The notes under the pieces were generated by a model. That model saw only the letters and a list, made by a program, of their open reading frames with translations, did not search any database and was not told where the DNA came from. A DNA stretch of 32,904 nt from Ginkgo biloba (taxonomy: Eukaryota > Plantae > Ginkgophyta): positions 175,631,121 through 175,664,024 of the forward strand of contig JANKJI020000002.1 of assembly GCA_024626585.2 (NCBI GenBank), given 5' to 3'. Numbering within the stretch: the first letter of the stretch is position 1; each line of letters begins with the position of its first letter. A program made the position numbers and the translations under genes. Below are positions 1 through 12,834 of this stretch, piece after piece.

Positions 1-266
1 GGCTTTATTTATTTCTATGTATAAAAATATTTTCCACAAATTTATTATTTCTCTAACCTAAGTAAACATTGCCATTTTGATTAATCTTTTGGCACATAAC
101 AAAAATAAAACTTAGTATAAAAGTTTGTGATTTAATAGTACTTTTACATAAAAGAAAAACTAGTACAAAAACTTGCTTAGTGACTTTTTCTACAATTTTT
201 CAAGGAGAAAGGAAACTTTTCTAAGNNNNNNNNNNNNNNNNNNNNNNNNNNNNNNNNNNNNNNNNN

Positions 267-787
267 GGTGAAAAAATTTTGGAAAAAAGTAGCTTAGGTG
301 ACTTTTTTATCAAATAAAATTAAGCCTTTAAAAATTTCCAAGTGTAATCCTCTAAATGGGCTTAGAGGAGTTGGAAACAATTAACTTAAGTAACTCTCCT
401 AAAATTCAAATAAGAAATTTTTTATAGTGTTCTTTGATCCTAATCATAGGTCGATGCATGGAAAGTTGTCAATATACATCTAAAAAATATTAATATACAC
501 AAAACATAAAGCCACTAAAGTGTCATTTTATTGACTTTTGTGCAATTTTAATTATAAATTTATTAACAACTTTATCTTAGTGACATTTAAAAGAGGCTTA
601 TTCACTGTGACTTAAAAAATGAGTTTTGACTGTAGTTAAAAGTTGCCAAATTCCTTTGTTAGAAATCCTTTTTTTAGTTCATTTTTCTAGATAAAAGTGT
701 GGTGTAGGAAATTAAGAATAAATCTCTCCAGTGGGCATGCAATATCACCAATGCCACCTTAGTTCCTTCTATATGAGTAATGAATAT
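267..787. repeat. Dispersed ~520-bp repeat, copy 1 (copy 2 at 3380-3877)
   Basis: Collinear shared blocks with 3380-3877: AAAGTAGCTTAG, ATCCTCTAAATGGGCTTA, TTTTTTAGTTCATTTTTCTA, GTGTGGTGTAGGAAATTAAGAATAAAT, TTAGTTCCTT, AATGAATAT. Confidence 0.9.
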
Positions 788-2289
788 CCCATTTAAATGG
801 TTTCTGAGTTTAGAGAAATTGGTTATAAGAAAAAAAAATTATTGGGTAATGTAGATTCAATTGAAAGTCTTCGATAAATGTTCAAATATTTTCCAAGGAG
901 GTTGCATCCTTTTGTTAAATAAAATTATTAATCAAAATGCTAATAGATATGTATAATATTACATGTGAGTGTTTTTTTAATATACAAGAAACACATGGAT
1001 ATTTTGATTGCATAGAAAATGGGAAAATACAGTTGAAGCCTAAATGGGCAATAGTAATATTGGTAGATGATTGTATACACTCAAATGTGAGTGCTAATAG
1101 AGGGACAATATCATATAGAAGGTTGTCAACACATATAGTAGCCTTGCTATGTTCTTTCTCATCTTTAATATGATCAAAGTGATCAAATATATACAAAAAT
1201 TAGAGCTAAGGTTACTTCATTATGAAGTTACCATGGACAAAGTTGTAAAGGAGATCACTTGGAAAATTAACAATAAAGAGGCACTAGAATCACATGGGAG
1301 AGAGTCATTTTTCATCATAAAGAGGTGTGTTATCTCCTAGAGGTGATTTACAATTATAACTATTGGGGATATAAACCAAAAACCACTTAGGTCCTATAAA
1401 CCAATCCATGAAGTATCCTCAAAATGTTGGATCATGNNNNNNNNNNNNNNNNNNNNNNNNNNNNNNNNNNNNNNNNNNNNNNNNNNNNNNNNNNNNNNNN
1501 NNNNNNNNNNNNNNNNNNNNNNNNNNNNNNNNNNNNNNNNNNNNNNNNNNNNNNNNNNNNNNNNNNNNNNNNNNNNNNNNNNNNNNNNNNNNNNNNNNNN
1601 NNNNNNNNNNNNNNNNNNNNNNNNNNNNNNNNNNNNNNNNNNNNNNNNNNNNNNNNNNNNNNNNNNNNNNNNNNNNNNNNNNNNNNNNNNNNNNNNNNNN
1701 NNNNNNNNNNNNNTAAAATATAAAATATATACATTATAGGTGAATTTTCTAGGAAAATAAATTATTTTCTAGTAATTTATGCGAAATTTGGAAAATAAAC
1801 TAAGACTTTTCATAAAGATTAAAACATGGGTGGATATTTTAAAGGACTTTTACCTATTTGAAAATATAATTTTTGGAGGAAAAAAATAGTCAAATGGATA
1901 TATATATCCACTAACATTTTTCCTATTTTAGATCTAATAATATTAATTTTTAATGCATACATTTAAAAAAAAAAAAAAATCTTGTAAAATAGGGACAAAA
2001 AATCATTAAATCATTTTTCAAGATTTCATGGTTGAATTAAAACTATAAGATGGAATTACAACTTCATATGAGGATGTATTTGTTATCGTATGCGATTCAC
2101 CTGCAATTTATATCTATGTATTCTTCATTTGGCCTTCTCTTACTAAATGTTTATTTCTCATTGTTTATTTTTTATAAAATAATATTAGATCTTGGATTTT
2201 ATTATAAAAATATAAAATATTAGTTGTGGATGCATGCAATATGACCTTCATATTATTTCCCCTTGAATATTTTTGGTAATTATCTATTA

Positions 2290-2800
2290 CTCTAATACCA
2301 AATTTAAGATGTACTTCTCCCTCAAGGATGTATGAGAATTTCACACCTTGAATCTTTGGTTTAATTTAGCAAAATACCCTTCAAAATGTAAATGTAAAGG
2401 TAGATTTAAGGTGCGATAACATTTTTGTAGATGAATTGCTCCCTTAGTAGATAATTTATGTATGCAATGTATAAATATAATTCTAAGAAAATATAAATTT
2501 ATTAGAGAATAATACAGATTATAACCATGAATGTACAAGTACTTGCTCAAGATGCACAATGCAGGACTTCAATTCCATACTAGATTGAAATCATAATTCC
2601 TACAAATGCTCAAACAAAAATATTCCTCATAAATTATACTCCCATGGTTGGTTTTCTCTCATCTTTTACTTTCTTACATTATATGATCATAAAACTAAGG
2701 ATCTCTAAAGGATTTTTGTTGTTCCTTCCATTCAAGATGGAAAATTGGTATAGTAATCATAATTAATTATAAGAATGGAATTAGATTAGGTAGGGGACTA
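2290..2800 (-). mobile_element. LTR retrotransposon 5' end remnant: tRNA-iMet PBS (2290-2300) and adjacent putative LTR
   Basis: - strand TGGTATTAGAG is the canonical TGGTATCAGAG with one C>T change. The extent of the LTR is a guess. Confidence 0.5.
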
Positions 2801-2976
2801 ATTACTCCTTATTTTTGTAGTGTGTAGACCCACGAGTGGGTTCATATGCAAGCTAATAAGGGTTTTATTTATTAATGTGAACAAACAAAAAATATATAAG
2901 CATGGATATGCCACATGTGCACCAAGTGCATGCCATATCTAGACATATCACCAATAGAAAAAAAAATATACGTTTC

Positions 2977-3089
2977 CCTTTTAGGACATGATATGTTACA
3001 TGGAACTAAGGCATGATAAAACTAATTCTATTATACCTTTATATTATAATAAGATAGTCACTGAGTGGAGCTACTCATGTCCTTAAAGG
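2977..3089. repeat. Small inverted repeat (fold-back/MITE-like)
   Basis: CCTTTTAGGACATGA (2977-2991) and TCATGTCCTTAAAGG (3075-3089) are reverse complements at 14/15 positions. Confidence 0.55.
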
Positions 3090-3379
3090 AACCAAAAATC
3101 ATAATAAATTACTTTAAAGTAAATATATTAAGATAATAAAATAAGTAAATACACTAAAGTACATTTAATATTATACTAAAGTACTTTAATTATAATTCAA
3201 ATTTTAGATTTTTTATCCAATATAATACTTGATATACTATTTAAAGGTCATGAAGTGTAGAGTAATAACAATATAATAAGTAAATATACTAAAGTTCTTT
3301 ATAATTATTTAAAATTCAAGTTTTTAAATTTTCATCCTATTTTTATTCTCGTAGGAGTTAAACAATGGTAACTTTATAT

Positions 3380-3877
3380 GGTAAAATATTTTGGGACTTA
3401 AAGTAGCTTAGACAATTTTTTTGTGGAATAAAATTGAGCCTGAAAATATTTCCAAATGTGATCCTCTAAATGGGCTTAAATGGGTTGAAAAATATTCCCT
3501 TAAGTGACTCTCCAAAATGTTGATTAAGAGGTATTGTTATTCAAGATCAATCATAGGTTGATGCACGGTAAGTTGTTAATACCCATTTAAAAAATTATAT
3601 AAAGTAATTAAAGTGACATTTTAGCAACTATGGTGTAATTTTAATAGTAACTATATTAACATATTTTTCATAGTGACACTTAAGAGAGACTTGTTCATTA
3701 TGAAAAAGAAAGATTTTTCGCTAGGGTTTAAATTTATCAAATTCCTTTATTAGGAATTCTTTTTTAGTTCATTTTTCTAAATAGAGGTGTGGTGTAGGAA
3801 ATTAAGAATAAATGTCTCTGATGGGTATGAAATACCATGGATTTCACTTTAGTTCCTTATATGCAAACAATGAATAT
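3380..3877. repeat. Dispersed ~500-bp repeat, copy 2 (same orientation as 267-787)
   Basis: Same blocks in the same order as copy 1; similarity ends after AATGAATAT in both. Confidence 0.9.
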
Positions 3878-3974
3878 ACATTCATTGATTTGATGATGAA
3901 TATAAATCTAAACTAAGAGGTCCTAAAAATCATAAATAATCAAAGAAGAATAAGATCAATCATCCTAATTTAAG

Positions 3975-4832
3975 GAGCCATATATAATAAGGCATTGATC
4001 AACTTGACATCGAATCTAAAAAATTAGGAGTTCAAGCCTGAAATAGAAAACAAGCACCATATTATCATGTCCACTACCTTGAAGAGGTCAATCTATATTA
4101 GTGATAACTAAAGTCATTGATCCTATTGATATTAAATCCTTCTTTAATATCCTTTAAGCATAAATAACTTCATCAACTATACAAGCATTAGAAACAACAT
4201 CAATATTGACTTTAGTAATATTACAATACTTAGAAATCCTAAAGGATATAGTGAAATAAGAATCATAAATATTATAGTATAAATAGCCAAAAAAATATCA
4301 ACTTTTTCTTTAGATAACTCTACTGCAACTATAAGAAATAACAAACTCATAGAGGCAAATATTGAGTAACTAAAGATTTGAGATGAATTGGCATTAAAGC
4401 AACTATTAATCATAGACTATTAAACCAAAGTAGTTTAGTTATATCAATAATCAAACCTTTTAGTCGAGGAGATATAGTTATCCATCCCCAAAGTTAACGA
4501 TTACAAATATAAACTTGAATACAAGGACACTACTGATCAAAGGGATTTGAAGTTATAGTTACCATGATATTATTATTTCAATCATGGATAAGAGGAGAAT
4601 ATTCATAAGAGTAGATAACACTTTAACTATTTATTATGTGTATACTCTTGACATGAAATGACAGGAAATCATGTAGGAGGTTAACACTTATAAGAAGATA
4701 ATTATGGTTTTAAAATTAACCAAGGAAACATAGGATTTATTTTTGAAATATGGAGAACCACGTGGATAAATTAGTAATATTCCTTAGTATGCATGGGATT
4801 GTATGCCATCTATCAAGACAAATGAATAATAC
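3975..4832 (+). mobile_element. Possible highly decayed Ty1/Copia pol remnant
   Basis: Weak motifs in Copia order: LTSNLKN (cf. HLTSDLxN), IYISDN, NTRTLLIKG, FLSMHGIVCHLS (cf. integrase FLxxHGIxHxxS). Many stops. Confidence 0.3.
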
Positions 4833-5599
4833 NNNNNNNNNNNNNNNNNNNNNNNNNNNNNNNNNNNNNNNNNNGGCGATTCCTTAACTTAGAACAAGTC
4901 AATAATTTAATATAAAATACATATTTAATTAGGATTGATTATATTTTGAGATAGACAAATGATAGGAACTCCAAACCTAGATGCAATTAACATATATAAT
5001 AAAAGAGAATAGTGGGTGGCTAGGGACCACTAAATTATATAAAAAACTCCTTACCTTTATTGATTTTAAACCACTAGTCATCCTTAAGAGTGAAAAGGAC
5101 CAAAATTGACCCTTTATAATACTATAGATCCAACTAAATATGAACAAATCCTATACAAAACTTAGGGAAAATACAATCCTCTTGACATACTAATTGAGAC
5201 TAAATCCCACCACTAAAAGGGAAGAAAAAGGGACAAATCATTCCATTTTTTCTTATTTTAGTGTTTTTATTCCTTCCTGGGGGGGAGGGGGGATGATGGT
5301 CACCCTTCCAAATAAATACATTAGACTAATCAATTTCCACAATGGTATTTCATACTAACATATCCTACCATTGGAGGACTACCCTTTATCCTACTTTTTA
5401 GTATTGAAAGAAGAATGCTTGTCGATACTAGACCCTCTTCCAAAACCTTTGTGTCCATATTTAGATCTAAAATTATATGCATCATTTAGCAGAATATGAG
5501 TAATAGTACNNNNNNNNNNNNNNNNNNNNNNNNNNNNNNCTCTTACAAGTAATTCATTTCAATATCCACCTTTTACACTTTTTCATTGCAATAATAGTA

Positions 5600-8500
5600 T
5601 GCATATTACTTCACTCAATTAATTATATAATACATATGGCGTGGATTATAAAATTATTTGCATGTTATCATATTCATAATATAATTTTCACTCGAAGAAA
5701 TTACTAATCTTTATAGAAGGTTACAGACCAAGACCTTACATCAATAAAAAGTAAAACGTTATAACAAATGATGCCACATAATTGGGATGTAGTAGAATAA
5801 ATAACCTAAGACCATATAGTCTTAACAGGAGGATAAAACCAAAATAAATGTATGACTAACTCATGTTTCTCATAAATAGAATTCTCNNNNNNNNNNNNNN
5901 NNNNNNNNNCCCATTTTATAGAGTTTATCTTTTGTAACAATCTCTAGATGTAATAGTGACCAAGCAAAATAATATTTTTAGGGATCAATAGGATCTAATA
6001 GAATCAACATGAAATTATTTTTTCATTTATACATAAGGTATAAACATTATATCTCCTATTAAGTTATTCAATACATAAAAATTAAATTAAAGTTTTATAT
6101 ATATGGGAGGCATAATAAGTAAATAATTTCTTAAATTGATTGATAGAAAAATCTCCTTATACTTCTTAATTTTCATCTTAAAAAAAAAAGGATTTAGAAG
6201 TAGATTAGATGGAATTTTATTTTAATGTATTTCCATATAAACTAATAACTTCTTCGATAGTCAAATAAATCTACTAGGATATATGTACATCATTCTTACA
6301 ATCTTTTGAATTTAGATCAAGGGTAAACTTTTAAACTTTTTCCCTCTATGGTGAGTAATAGAGATACTACATATAGGTTTGAACTACATAGAAAACTCAA
6401 TGGAAAACATCACAAATAAATTTCAAAAAATTCTTGTAAGACTCGTAAACATCCTAAATAATTCTAAAAATAATAGATTATTTTTCTTTGATATTATAAT
6501 AATTCACCAAGGCATTGGGAAATGATATATTAGGAGACCCTTTTGAAAATTATACCTTATAATCACCTTCTAAGATTATTTTCCTTAAATATCCATTTAT
6601 ATAATAGATCCAACCCTTTTCTATGAATATAAATTAACCCTAGGTTCCCATCTTCATTTTTATACAACATCCTATTTCACTCTTGCAAATAATTCTTTAC
6701 CTTCACTTGGGGTCCAATTAAATGCTCTAAGGATCTTAGTTATATTGGCATACACAACTTTAGAGGGGAACCAATATGAATATAAGTGGAAACTGACCCT
6801 TTAGAGAAAAAACAAAACCCAAATACCAAACTAATAGTTTTATATTATAAGTAGGTAATATTCTTCTCATTTTTTTCTAAACCCTATATGTTAATAAGGG
6901 AGGCCTGGAATCTAAAAGGAATCCCCAAAATTTAAAAGTCTCTCTAATTTTCACCCATGTTTAGACATATTATGAGATCACATTATATGACTCTCTCATA
7001 TAAATATTATATGGATTAGTTTCATTCCTTTGGACTTTAACCCCTGAGGCTAGGTAGAAGGTGGTATTCATTCTCATGATTTGCTTTATAAGAAAACACT
7101 TCTAACTAGATTGTTAAGAAGTAATCATCCACAAAGTGATCATTCACTAGTAGGTAATTAGATATAGTGAGAGGAATCCCCCTAATTACCCCTTGATTTA
7201 CCTTGTGTTCTAATAGGTACCCTTATGCATNNNNNNNNNNNNNNNNNNNNNNNNNNNNNNNNNNNNNNNNNNNNNNNNNNNNNNNNNNNNNNNNNNNNNN
7301 NNNNNNNNNNNNNNNNNNNNNNNNNNNNNNNNNNNNNNNNNNNNNNNNTAGAGTGAAGATAACATTATAAAAGTAGGGACCAAACCCTAAATATTTTAAC
7401 ATAGAAATTATAAATGGACACTCAATCCTGTCATAATTTTCATTAAAGATTATTTTGAGAAACAAAATTTCTCATCCAAATTATCTAGCATACTACATGC
7501 CTTCCTAAACTGTTATCAAGTATTGAGGATAAATTTACCCCTTGTGAATTTATTTTTCTTAGGGTTGAACACTCTTTTCAATATGCATTTAATCCTCTTG
7601 GAAAGGGCTTTGACTAGTTGGAGATACTTTTAGGGTCACCCACTATAGAAATAAGTTATTTATTACGTTCCTTAATGAAGTGACCTAGATACCAAACTCC
7701 TAATTTCTCTTGGTAAACTCTTCAAAGGACACACCTACTAAATTACCAAGTGACATTATAAAATTCAAAATCAATTCCATCATTGTGAGGTGCTTTATAT
7801 TCTACCATTGGGCCAAGGAAAATCTTAAGATCTTCAAGAGAGAGGGAAGATTCATAGTTTTATTTTTTTTTATAAATAACTTGCAGACAATTAAAGAGAG
7901 CATCTATATAATTCTCATGGATCAACTACCCAATGAATGTTGACTTAAAATGCTAGATAAAATCATCCAAAATTTGACCCACAATAGTGATCCTACCTCC
8001 TTTAATGATTAAATCTTTGACTTCTTCTTAGATTTATTTCTTATTAAGGGAATTAAACAAGAATTTAAATTCCATATCTCCATCCTTTATCTAGTGAAGC
8101 CTTATCTTGATATAGTACCCTTTAACCTTTCTAATTTTGATCACACTAAGAATAAGCCTACATTGAGTAATAACCTTTTTAAAATTAGGGTAAAAAGGAT
8201 TTGTTTCAAGATGAAACTCTACCTTGGTTAAGGAAGTTTATCCTTTCTTATAAAACATTCTACTTTTTTATAAAATTCTTCTTTACAAAATATCTTTCAT
8301 TTTTTCCCCACCATCTCTCGGATGAATTGATGCAGTGTAGGTCACTACCATGGTCGTAATGTCCCTTTAATGTTTAAAATATCTCCTGTTGGGCCGACTT
8401 TAAAGGTTGTCAGGTTTATGTGGCAGTGGCATATTTTTCATTGAGAGTTGGGGGTAGNNNNNNNNNNNNNNNNNNNNNNNNNNNNNNNNNNNNNNNNNNN

Positions 8501-9200
8501 NNNNNNNNNNNNNNNNNNNNNNNNNNNNNNNNNNNNNNNNNNNNNNNNNNNNNNNNNNNNNNNNNNNNNNNNNNNNNNNNNNNNNNNNNNNNNNNNNNNN
8601 NNNNNNNNNNNNNNNNNNNNNNNNNNNNNNNNNNNNNNNNNNNNNNNNNNNNNNNNNNNNNNNNNNNNNNNNNNNNNNNNNNNNNNNACTAATTTATTGA
8701 TCAAATTAAACCACAAAATCCTTTAAAGGTTATATGAGTGAAAAGGAATATATCCTATTATCCTAATTCATCCTCTAGATTTTAAAAAAAATGAAGTCAC
8801 CATATTAAAATGACTATTCTCAAGGAGGGAATATGTAATCCAATCCCATAATAGGTTTCTTTCCTCGAAAAAAATAAGAGTATAGATATTAATTAAATAA
8901 AAAATATTATTATTTGTTTCTTGCCATATAACTATTTTCTTAGGATTTATTTCCCACTAAGAAACTTTATTAGAGAACTTGGGGATATGCAAATTACTAA
9001 TATTTTTTTACCTTATTCATGAATTGAATAAAAAACAAAGGAATAAGGCAAAACCAATTATGAATGTACTTGAATTTAAATCCTATGAACTCAACTTGTT
9101 ATAAATACTAAATATATAAGTTATCAATAAAACTTCTTACTCTCCTTATGATGCCCTTTCTAAAAGTATTAGTGAGACCTACAAAAATTTAACTAAATTC
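5600..9200 (-). pseudogene. LINE ORF2 pseudogene (AP endonuclease - reverse transcriptase - zf-RVT)
   Basis: - strand motifs: INIYT..EERNLLWDW..GDF (~8900-8790); IKDGDMEFKFLF (~8090); KAPHNDGIDFEFY (~7790); KALSKRIKCILK (~7600); YDRIECPFIISMLKYLGFGP (ORF 7223-7465); NDHFVDD (~7135, FADD motif); GIPF (~6920); HLFWFYP..IW (~5850). Stops and frameshifts throughout. Confidence 0.9.
8355..8457. mobile_element. Possible LTR terminus inserted in LINE ORF2
   Basis: CGTAATGTCCC resembles a TGTAATGTCCC-type Gypsy LTR start; the segment is more GC-rich than the flanking LINE and runs into a gap. Confidence 0.3.
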
Positions 9201-9689
9201 CTTGATCATAAATAGAGTTAAGGTTAATAATTCTCTCATACATAATAGTGAGGTTTCTCATTACATCAAAAGGCGAGGGCCTATCAATAATCCATAAAAA
9301 GGGGTTTAAATTTTTTGTATAATACCTTTTACATACTCTATTAGAATCTATTTTCATATCCATAGGATCCACTAAATCAAACTCAAATATTTTAGTGAAA
9401 GGTATTAGTGGTAATGGAGTTTTTCATTTATAAGGTTGTTTCTCCTAAACAATTGGAGATTTATCATTTATTACATCGTTTTGCTTGCCATTGGTTGAGT
9501 ATAAACCAATTTTTATTGAGGTACCTACTATTATAATATAGTCATTTTAGGATTTTATTTCATAGGGATTTGGGCTAGCGAGATGCCTACTGAATTTTTG
9601 AATAAGTTTTTGTTATGGTCCTTAGTCCATCCCTTACTATTACCTTCCCTATACGTTTGTAACTAGGGCTTATTCAATAATATATTCTT

Positions 9690-10230
9690 TATTAAGTAAA
9701 GGTTCATCCTTAATTATATTACCCATATCATAGAATCAAAAGTAATCAATGGTTATATTAAGGTACAATACCTTTTATTCCAAGTAGGCATACCTATATT
9801 TGATCAAAATACTCTCCTTTAGGAGTTTGGATAGATTAACCCTAACATAATCTTTGAAAATTCACCTAGCAAAAAAATGTATTGTAATTTGCTTACATAT
9901 AAACAATCCTAATGAAGATATAATATCTCCTAGAAAAATATAAATATAAAATGGCACATGATGAAACTCATTGTAGATATGAAACTCTAAGGACACAACA
10001 TAGTACATAAAAATGTATAGGGTCTAGTGTTGATAAACCAACAAGATTTAATTATAGAACAAAGTTCCATGCATGATCACTTCCTCCAAAGAATTTGGAG
10101 AATAATAAAGAAAATAAAAATATCCTTTTTCATATTCTTGGTGGAATTAATAATCCAACCATACACTTTCTAAGAATTATTAACATCCAAAATTAGAACC
10201 TTGGATGTACACTATTTATTCAAGAGATTT
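9690..10230 (-). pseudogene. LINE ORF1 remnant (DUF4283 plus zinc-knuckle type)
   Basis: - strand reads KGYFYF..LEEVIMHG..LLVYQH, then YVRVNLSKLLKESILI..KVLYLN..MGNIIKDEP, matching the plant L1 ORF1 pattern VxVDLSKPL..YxNLP..CxxCxxxGHxxxxCP in decayed form. Confidence 0.7.
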
Positions 10231-10823
10231 TAAGAATTATTATATATATATAAAGCCTCATTATATAGTTGTATTGTATTTTACATATCATCTCTCATAG
10301 ATACCTAATTTATACCATATTTTCTTATATTATGCAATATAACTTTATTTTTCACTCTTATTTTATGTGTACACATTATTTATATATTATTTCTATGCAT
10401 TTGCTTTGTGATCCCTCAAATGGCCCTTTTATTTCCATGGATACAGTATTATGTGGCCCATTTATATAAATTTTTATCTCACCATATGGTCCTTGTAGAA
10501 TTATCAGAGTGCACAACAACTAAAAAACAATCCCAAGACTTAGAATCAACACAACATAAACTAGACCAAGAACTGAATGTATGCATGTCTACCAAAGATC
10601 ACTCCTCCATAATGATAGCGCAAACCCATGCATACACTCACTTACAAAATTGGGAGAAGGTAATGGTTTGCAAACTTGCACAACCATCTTCCTACATTTC
10701 TTCATTCCACAAATGACATATTTNNNNNNNNNNNNNNNNNNNNNNNNNNNNNNNNNNNNNNNNNNNNNNNNNNNNNNNNNNNNNNNNNNNNNNNNNNNNN
10801 NNNNNNNNNNNNNNNNNNNNNNN

Positions 10824-11080
10824 TAGTATCATCCATAATAACCACCAAATTACTCAAATAATATACTTTTCTCTTATTTTTTCTCTTTCTTAACTCTTAT
10901 TAAGCTAGTTAGAGGTCTTTTAACATGCTTAGGCCTCAATAATTTCTCCATAGCTTCTCTTAAGGTTTTCTAAGATTTCTTAACTAAATTTGACTTCCCT
11001 TTAGGGTTTTCTAATCCCATTTGACTAACTTTGACTTCCCTTTGACCGGGCTTAGAATTAGGATTTCCTGGGCTGTGACA
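10824..11080. mobile_element. LTR-like fragment ending in ...GGGCTGTGACA
   Basis: Gypsy-like LTR terminus ending at 11080; internal duplicated TTTGACTTCCCTTT motif. Confidence 0.4.
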
Positions 11081-11629
11081 ATATCAACCAACCTAAAATT
11101 TCATAGAACTATTATCAAGTCAATACTAATGATAATAAATACTATATATATTAGGACAAGGCCCTTATATACATGTAAGGATATCGAATCATACCCAATC
11201 CTACATAAGAGACTTTTTGTACCAATGCATCTATACAAATGGTATAGGTACCTTATCCACCTATTCATATATCATAACCTCCACTATCCTTACTATAACT
11301 ATGCAATTCATCAACCATTCTTAAATCCTAGCCACAACTTATTATATAAGTTCCATAGTGTTTTCCTTAGAGTTTATCTCCCTCTACCAATTATGAACTA
11401 GCTTAACCTGACCCTTTTTATTATACTAATATTTTACATGTTGGTATTGAATATGAGGTTGTGATTAGTATGATATCATTGGCCCAAAAGGATAAGGAGA
11501 ACCCACCATCCCCTCCCTCCTTGAGGGTCAACCAGTTTGGTGCTTCATTATGCGTCCCTAGAGTTGAAACTAATCCCCCCTCCCCCCTAATGAATGGATA
11601 GGTGGAGACCATTCAATTACCTTGGCCAA

Positions 11630-11890
11630 TCCATCGTTGACTATGATATTGTTGAAGATTTGTTTTATTTTGCAATTTTGTGGCTACATTTGCTTACTTG
11701 TCCCCGACAAAGAGCGAAGCTTTTAAAACTGATGAATGTTGTTGATACACAACTTGATCACCTCATTGTGTTTGACCCTTCCACACTCACTAAAGACAAC
11801 ACTAATGTATCACATCCCTTTGAAATATGTGTCTAGGTAGAGAACTATAAGGTTTGGCGGAGCATTAATAATGAAGGTTCCGCCATGTCA
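11630..11890 (+). pseudogene. Ty3/Gypsy (Tat-like) gag-protease junction fragment
   Basis: YDIVEDL..LLTCPRQRAKLL..LIVFDP..ICV*VENYKVWRSINNEGSA (cf. protease IDxGS). Parallels YSIIDEL..MSLIDML in ORF 20352. Confidence 0.6.
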
Positions 11891-12042
11891 TATTCCACTT
11901 TATCAATTAACTGGCTCAAAATCCAAATTTGAGTTTTCATTGGCGGGTAACTTCAAGTTTGACATCCTTTTGCAACCAACCCAATGAATATGGTTTTGGA
12001 TGGACAGTTGTCTTCAAGTTTAATTGTTTAACCAATGCTTCA
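11890..12042 (-). pseudogene. Ty3/Gypsy (CRM-like) aspartic protease region fragment
   Basis: - strand EALVKQLNLKTTVHPKPYSLGWLQKDVKLEVTRQ*KLKF..DKVEYD. Confidence 0.8.
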
Positions 12043-12834
12043 NNNNNNNNNNNNNNNNNNNNNNNNNNNNNNNNNNNNNNNNNNNNNNNNNNNNNNNNNN
12101 NNNNNNNNNNNNNNNNNNNNNNNNNNNNNNNNNNNNNNNNNNNNNNNNNNNNNNNNNNNNNNNNNNNNNNNNNNNNNNNNNNNNNNNNNNNNNNNNNNNN
12201 NNNNNNNNNNNNNNNNNNNNNNNNNNNNNNNNNNNNNNNNNNNNNNNNNNNNNNNNNNNNNNNNNNNTTATATAAACCTCATTAGTTCATATCCTATTCA
12301 CTTTGCCTACAATATCCTTAGTTATTAATTCCTCCTTAGATATTGGTCCTAGTCTTTCCAAGCTTTCTCTAGGATTTTCTTTTGTGTTCAAGTATTTTTC
12401 TTGAGATCCTCTAGAAGAATAATCCTAGTTTTTTTTAATTATAAATGCTAATATTGATCAAATACTCTACTTTGTATATTTTTTATAATGATGAGGCGAT
12501 TCTTAATTTTATGTATAGATATCAATAATTATACCCTTGTTATGGTTTATCATAATATTTTTTTCCCTCGAGGAGAATTTCCTTTTTCTTCCCCCTCACA
12601 TGAACCAACTAATACAAAATTCATTTCTCTAAATAGTGAGTCAGAGTCTTTTCCTACTAGATATTTTATCCAATGAGGGAATTATATCTCTTATTCCAAA
12701 TTCATTGAAAGTAGTCAACATCATGAATATTAGTGATACCCCACCCTATCAATATGTCTAAGAGTGATACTCTTGAATACATCCTCATATGTTTTGATTT
12801 CTCTTTCTAAGAGAAAGATAAATTCTAGTCCCTT

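Larger units (their letters stand above)
5540..10260 (-). mobile_element. Near full-length degenerate L1-clade LINE retrotransposon
   Basis: ORF1, endonuclease, RT and C-terminal zinc-finger remnants occur in the expected order on the - strand (see the two sub-features). Confidence 0.9.

Noticed and set aside
915-1340. Short overlapping ORFs
   Set aside because: No recognisable domain; may be decayed TE coding sequence but cannot be assigned.
5279-5293. G-run GGGGGGAGGGGGGA, mirrored by a C-run near 11575-11588
   Set aside because: Low-complexity match with no flanking similarity.
8820-8845. Apparent PPT plus LTR start (AAGGAGGGAATA-TGTAATCC)
   Set aside because: The - strand reads continuously as LINE endonuclease (ERNLLWDWITYSL..GDF), so the match is coincidental.
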